The notes under the pieces: model-generated
The model's database searches: none
What the model was told of the DNA's origin: nothing
Seen by the model: the letters and a program-made list of their open reading frames with translations, nothing else
DNA from: an uncultured candidate division Zixibacteria bacterium
GTDB taxonomy: Bacteria; Zixibacteria; MSB-5A5; GN15; PGXB01
Assembly (NCBI GenBank): GCA_963702205.1
Contig: OY969724.1
Location: 2,048,001 to 2,112,000 of the forward strand
Length of the DNA: 64,000 nucleotides
Direction of reading: 5' to 3'
Translations under genes and position numbers: made by a program
Shown here: positions 59,773-64,000 of the stretch, piece by piece
Position numbering within the stretch: position 1 is the stretch's first letter
How the letters are laid out: every line of letters begins with the position of its first letter

Positions 59773-60783
59773 TTAACTCATTCGTCCGGCCAGAGTCTCC
59801 AAAGACTGTGTGCTGCCGATCAATATCAATATGTCTCCCGGGCGGATTATCAGGCCGGGATCGGGATTAATTGAAAGCGATTGGTTGGGTTTTTTTACGC
59901 CAATAACCGTCACGCCAAATTCGGCTTTGATGCGGCTGTCGACCAGCGACTTGCCGGCGTAATCGCATTTTTCAGGAACCATCAGTTCTTCTATGCCAAG
60001 CCCGGCTTCTCCCAGAGACGTCATTTGCATGAAATCGACCACATTCGGACGAAGCGACGCCATTGCCATCCTCATGCCGCCCAGCACATGGGGGCTGACG
60101 ACGACATTGGCTCCGGCCCGCTTGAGTTTCTTTTCGCCGTGGGAGTGGTCGGCACGGGCAATTATCAGCAAGTTGGGATTCATATGGCGGGCCGTGAGGG
60201 TGAGGTAGACGTTGTCGGCTTCACTGGGCAGGGTGGAAACCAGCACTTTGGCTCTGTCCATTCCCGCTTCGTCCAATACGATATCTTCGGTGGCTTCGCC
60301 GGAAACGTATGAATATCCGGTCGATTCAAGATAGTTGATGGCGGCATTATCGTTTTCTATAACGACAAAGGGCACCCTGCGGCGGGCGTATTCATCGGCT
60401 ACCTGCCGACCGACCCGGCCGAAACCGGCGATGATGTGATGATCATCCAGACGTTTTATTTTTTTATCCATCTTTCTTCTCCCCAGAATGCGGCGTAATT
60501 CGCCCTCAAGTATCATTTGCCCGACGGCTGTGGCGCCATAGGTTACCCCGGCCACACCGAAAATTATCAGGCCCACTATAAAAATCCGACCGGCCGGGTG
60601 CAACGGATGAACTTCGCCGAATCCCACGGTCGAAAGGGTTATAATTGTCATATATAGTGCGTCCAGCGGATCCATATTTTCGATCATTATGAGGCCCAAA
60701 GTCCCGATCAAAATAAGAGTTGCCAGAAGGAGCATGGCCAACTGGAATTTCTTCACCGGTGATAATAAAGGTTTTTGAGGCAT
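59773..60783 (-). CDS. Potassium channel with RCK (TrkA-N/TrkA-C) domains
   Basis: TLSTVGFG filter, GFGRVG RCK-N, C-terminal INPDP..I..GD. Confidence 0.92.
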   Translation of the reverse strand: MPQKPLLSPVKKFQLAMLLLATLILIGTLGLIMIENMDPLDALYMTIITLSTVGFGEVHPLHPAGRIFIVGLIIFGVAGVTYGATAVGQMILEGELRRILGRRKMDKKIKRLDDHHIIAGFGRVGRQVADEYARRRVPFVVIENDNAAINYLESTGYSYVSGEATEDIVLDEAGMDRAKVLVSTLPSEADNVYLTLTARHMNPNLLIIARADHSHGEKKLKRAGANVVVSPHVLGGMRMAMASLRPNVVDFMQMTSLGEAGLGIEELMVPEKCDYAGKSLVDSRIKAEFGVTVIGVKKPNQSLSINPDPGLIIRPGDILILIGSTQSLETLAGRMS

Positions 60784-60886
60784 GGGCCAAAGATATATCG
60801 GTGAAATATCTTGCGCAACTTTTATCTCTATCGAACTATGAGGTGCTATTGCATTTTTCCCTGTAGGGGTTTATCATAACAAACAA

Positions 60887-61678
60887 ATGAAAAAGTCCGA
60901 TGCCTTATATGTATTTGAACCGGACAGCGATCCGTTTTACAATATGGCCTGCGACACCGCTCTGTTTGGGTATTTAGCGGAGCCATTGCACGATATCTCG
61001 GCAGCGCTGCGGCTTTATTCATGGAATCGTCCGGCTATAACGATAGGGTATAATCAGGACATTTCACGAGCCCTCGATATTGCCAAAGTCGAAAGCGACC
61101 TGCCCGTCATTCGTCGCATTACCGGCGGGCGGGCCATTTATCATGACAAATCGGAAATTACATTTTCGCTAACCGGCCGCGAGGATAAGTTTCCGTCGGG
61201 GATTGGCAACCTGTCGGCAATGAACACGAAGATATCTTCGGTACTTGTGGAGATACTAAATTCCTTCGGTATTGCGTCCGAATGGCGACGTCATTCGGAT
61301 GATAAATTTAAAAGATCAGAACGGGCCCGGATCGGGGCTTGTTTTGCATCGGTGTCACGTTATGAGATTGTCAGTCATGGGGTTAAAATAGTCGGCGGGG
61401 CCCAGCGCAGCAGCGCCGGGTGCTTTATACATCAGGGATCGATCAAACTAAACGGCATCGCTTCACATCCGGCGCTGGATTCGATAAGTTCCGGCGTACC
61501 AAAGCCGGTTGAAGATGGTCGGAATGTTCGAATTTCCGATATAAAAGAGACCTTTGTCAGATATTTCTCAAGGCGTTTTGAATGTGAATTCAGTGAATGT
61601 GATTTTTCGTCAAAACTCACGAATGAAATTAAGGCCGAGGAAAAAAAACTGCGGGAAAATCCACTTTTAAATAAATAA
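60887..61678 (+). CDS. Lipoate-protein ligase / octanoyltransferase (LplA/LipM-like)
   Basis: NMACD, LRLYSW, RRITGGRAIYH, KIVGGAQ, HQGSI. Confidence 0.88.
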   Translation: MKKSDALYVFEPDSDPFYNMACDTALFGYLAEPLHDISAALRLYSWNRPAITIGYNQDISRALDIAKVESDLPVIRRITGGRAIYHDKSEITFSLTGREDKFPSGIGNLSAMNTKISSVLVEILNSFGIASEWRRHSDDKFKRSERARIGACFASVSRYEIVSHGVKIVGGAQRSSAGCFIHQGSIKLNGIASHPALDSISSGVPKPVEDGRNVRISDIKETFVRYFSRRFECEFSECDFSSKLTNEIKAEEKKLRENPLLNK

Positions 61679-61765
61679 TTTTTTAAACAGTTTTATCATA
61701 TGTTTAGTCTTAAACATGAAGGTGGAATGTCCGTATTAAATATAGCTGACCGTTTAAAAAAGCTC

Positions 61766-61795
61766 TTGACTTCAGGCACGTTACAGGACTATACT
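61766..61795 (+). promoter_or_regulatory. Putative sigma70 promoter about 210 nt upstream of the TonB-dependent receptor
   Basis: TTGACT-18 nt-TATACT. Confidence 0.45.
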
Positions 61796-62006
61796 GTAAA
61801 TTTGTTGGGAAGAAATTTGGAATAATGGAGGAGTCAGGCGTCGGTCATTTGCAATCGCCGGACGCGGTTGTTTTCCCCTCACAAACCGTCGCACTCTTAA
61901 GGAAAGCTTAATTGTCAATGAAGCGGGATTTTCAGCAATGAGAAAGGCGACCGGTTTATTATTAAGCAAAAAATCGTTATTGTATAGAGGTAAGGAGGAT
62001 AGGGAG

Positions 62007-64000
62007 ATGTCCAGGCTGCCCAAGGCTTTTTTATTCGTGGCGGCTTTCATAACCGCCGTGATGCTTTTGTCACCACTGGCATTTGCAGGTTCCACGGGAA
62101 AAATCAAGGGTGTCGTGACAGATAAAGCATCGGGCGAACCGATTCCGGGGGCTTCGGTGCAGATTGTCGGAACGACCCAGGGTGCCGTGACCGATACGGA
62201 AGGCAAATTCATGATTGTATTGGTCCCGCCGGGAACGTACACTTTGAAGATCACTTCAGTGTCGTACAGTCCCCTCGAAATCGACGGAGTAGAGGTCAAC
62301 GTCGATCTTACGACCGAACAAAATGCCAAATTGCAGACGGCCGTTACCGATCTGGATAAGGTTATTAAGGTGACCGCCGACAGGGACATCATTGATATTC
62401 ATCAAACATCCGGTACTGTCACGATGTCCAAGGATCAGATCAAAAGTATGCCGGTGCAAAACGTCGATCAGCTTTTGCAATCGACGGCAGGTGTGGTGAC
62501 GACGTCGGAAGGTGAAATAATTATCCGGGGCGGTCGTGCTAACGAGGTTGCGTATATCGTGGACGGCGTCACAATCGGCGATCCGCTGGGTGGCTACGGC
62601 CCGGCCAACCTGGGGCTTTCGCTGACGTCCGGTTCGATTCAGGAAATAAGCATTATCAAGGACGGTTTCGACCCTGAATACGGTAACGCTCTTTCGGGTA
62701 TTATTCGTATTACGACCCAGACTGGTTCCACTGAAAACACCAATGCGACTCTTCAGTATATTACCGATGATTTCGGCAACAAGTCGTTGAATAAGTACTC
62801 CGAAAACTACGATAACATGTACTTCACGATCAGCGGTCCGGACCCCATATTGAAAAGCCGCCTGTTTCCGGCTCTTGGATTGAATTTTCTCGAAGATAAA
62901 GAAGTCACGTACTTCTTTTACGCTGAAATGACCAAAACCAACACTTCCACCAATTATAAAGACTATGAGAGCCCGTTGTATCCCAAGACTTACGGGTCGT
63001 TCAATTTGTTCGGCATAGACATCCCCGAGCGCCAGTACAACGACTATACGATCAACGCCAATGTCATGATGAAGCCGATGAACACGATGAAAATGATTTT
63101 CAGTTATAAGAACTCGGTGAATCGTCAGACTCTGTTCGATTGGCAATATCGTTATACGCCCAACACGGCGCCGATCGGTGAAACCAAGTGGCAGTCTTAT
63201 TCTCTGGAAATCACGCACCAGATAAACAAAGACATGCACTACTACGTAAAAGGTTCGTACTATAATCGTGACGTGCAGTACCAGCCCGGTGATCCGAACA
63301 ACCCCGGCAAAGGGCTGAACCCCGACCAGTTCCTGCAGTACAACCTTTACGAGTCGTACCAGGATCGTTATGCTTATGAAGACCCGCTTTCGGGGGTTAT
63401 GGTAACCGATGCCTCCATTAAAAACGGTCGATATGATCCTCCGGAGCCGATCCTTGATTTATACCCGGATACGGCCAGCGGTACCTGGTACGGCCGTGAC
63501 ATCACGGGATCGTTCTGGACGTTCGGTAACGTCATTAATCCTGGATTGGGAATTTACGATTTCCGGTTCAACAATATCGCCTTCGGCGACAGTCTCGAAG
63601 GCGAGCCGTATGCCGACCTTAACGGCGACGGTAAGTGGAATCCGGGCGATTACTTGTACGACTCCAATGGGAACGGCACGTTCGACTACTCTCGACGGGA
63701 CGTGATCGACGAGCACGTCGCGGAGCCGTACCTCGACGGCGACATCAACCTCGGGGAAAGATTTATTGACGTTAACAACGATGGTATTTACGAGCCGGAT
63801 ATTGATGGATTTGTCATGTGCGATTGTTCCCAGAACATGGACGTGGATCAAAACGGCAGATATACGCGCCCCGATGAGCAGTGGTCGCCCGGCATCGAAT
63901 ATATAGACCGTAACGGCAACGGCATTTTTGACTATCGCAACTACCAGTACGATCCCGGGGAACCTTTCACCGACATAAACGGAAATGGCGTTTATGATTA
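62007..64000 (+). CDS. TonB-dependent receptor (carboxypeptidase-regulatory-like, plug and barrel start), truncated by the window end; absent from the ORF track
   Basis: Translated by hand: MSRLPKAF...GSTGKIKGVVTD..GEPIPGASV, IRGGRANEVAYIVDG, GFDPEYGNALSG; the same frame is coding at the window end. Confidence 0.9.
   Translation, partial: MSRLPKAFLFVAAFITAVMLLSPLAFAGSTGKIKGVVTDKASGEPIPGASVQIVGTTQGAVTDTEGKFMIVLVPPGTYTLKITSVSYSPLEIDGVEVNVDLTTEQNAKLQTAVTDLDKVIKVTADRDIIDIHQTSGTVTMSKDQIKSMPVQNVDQLLQSTAGVVTTSEGEIIIRGGRANEVAYIVDGVTIGDPLGGYGPANLGLSLTSGSIQEISIIKDGFDPEYGNALSGIIRITTQTGSTENTNATLQYITDDFGNKSLNKYSENYDNMYFTISGPDPILKSRLFPALGLNFLEDKEVTYFFYAEMTKTNTSTNYKDYESPLYPKTYGSFNLFGIDIPERQYNDYTINANVMMKPMNTMKMIFSYKNSVNRQTLFDWQYRYTPNTAPIGETKWQSYSLEITHQINKDMHYYVKGSYYNRDVQYQPGDPNNPGKGLNPDQFLQYNLYESYQDRYAYEDPLSGVMVTDASIKNGRYDPPEPILDLYPDTASGTWYGRDITGSFWTFGNVINPGLGIYDFRFNNIAFGDSLEGEPYADLNGDGKWNPGDYLYDSNGNGTFDYSRRDVIDEHVAEPYLDGDINLGERFIDVNNDGIYEPDIDGFVMCDCSQNMDVDQNGRYTRPDEQWSPGIEYIDRNGNGIFDYRNYQYDPGEPFTDINGNGVYD

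Overview
64 kb of bacterial chromosome with moderate GC. It is most likely from an FCB-group anaerobe such as Zixibacteria, inferred from the QNYPNPFNP-type C-terminal sorting domains and a cohesin-like domain. Housekeeping content: a glycosylation cluster, accA, mreCD-mrdA-rodA, gap-pgk-tpiA-secG, a stand-alone EF-G, rdgB and three tRNAs (Leu-GAG, Pro-TGG, Arg-ACG). Highlights: (1) a REP-associated tyrosine transposase (RAYT) just downstream of tRNA-Leu, next to an 86-bp tandem hairpin array, with co-varying REP hairpins scattered through the window, two dense REP mosaics, a 152-bp MITE carrying two REPs, and cassettes that carry diverged copies of a gene's 3' end; (2) a Vor/Kor-type 2-oxoacid:ferredoxin oxidoreductase operon translationally coupled to a HytCBDE/Bfu-like flavin module that has electron-bifurcation signatures, a possible NADP-type substitution and no catalytic hydrogenase, FDH or AOR subunit; (3) a giant secreted protein with eight Ig/cadherin-like repeats that shares an unrecognised domain with its neighbour, and a TonB-dependent receptor with a DxNxNG-repeat insert; (4) reading-frame anomalies in rodA (+1 frameshift) and ptsN (in-frame TAG). 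All product calls come from motif recognition by eye; no database searches were run.
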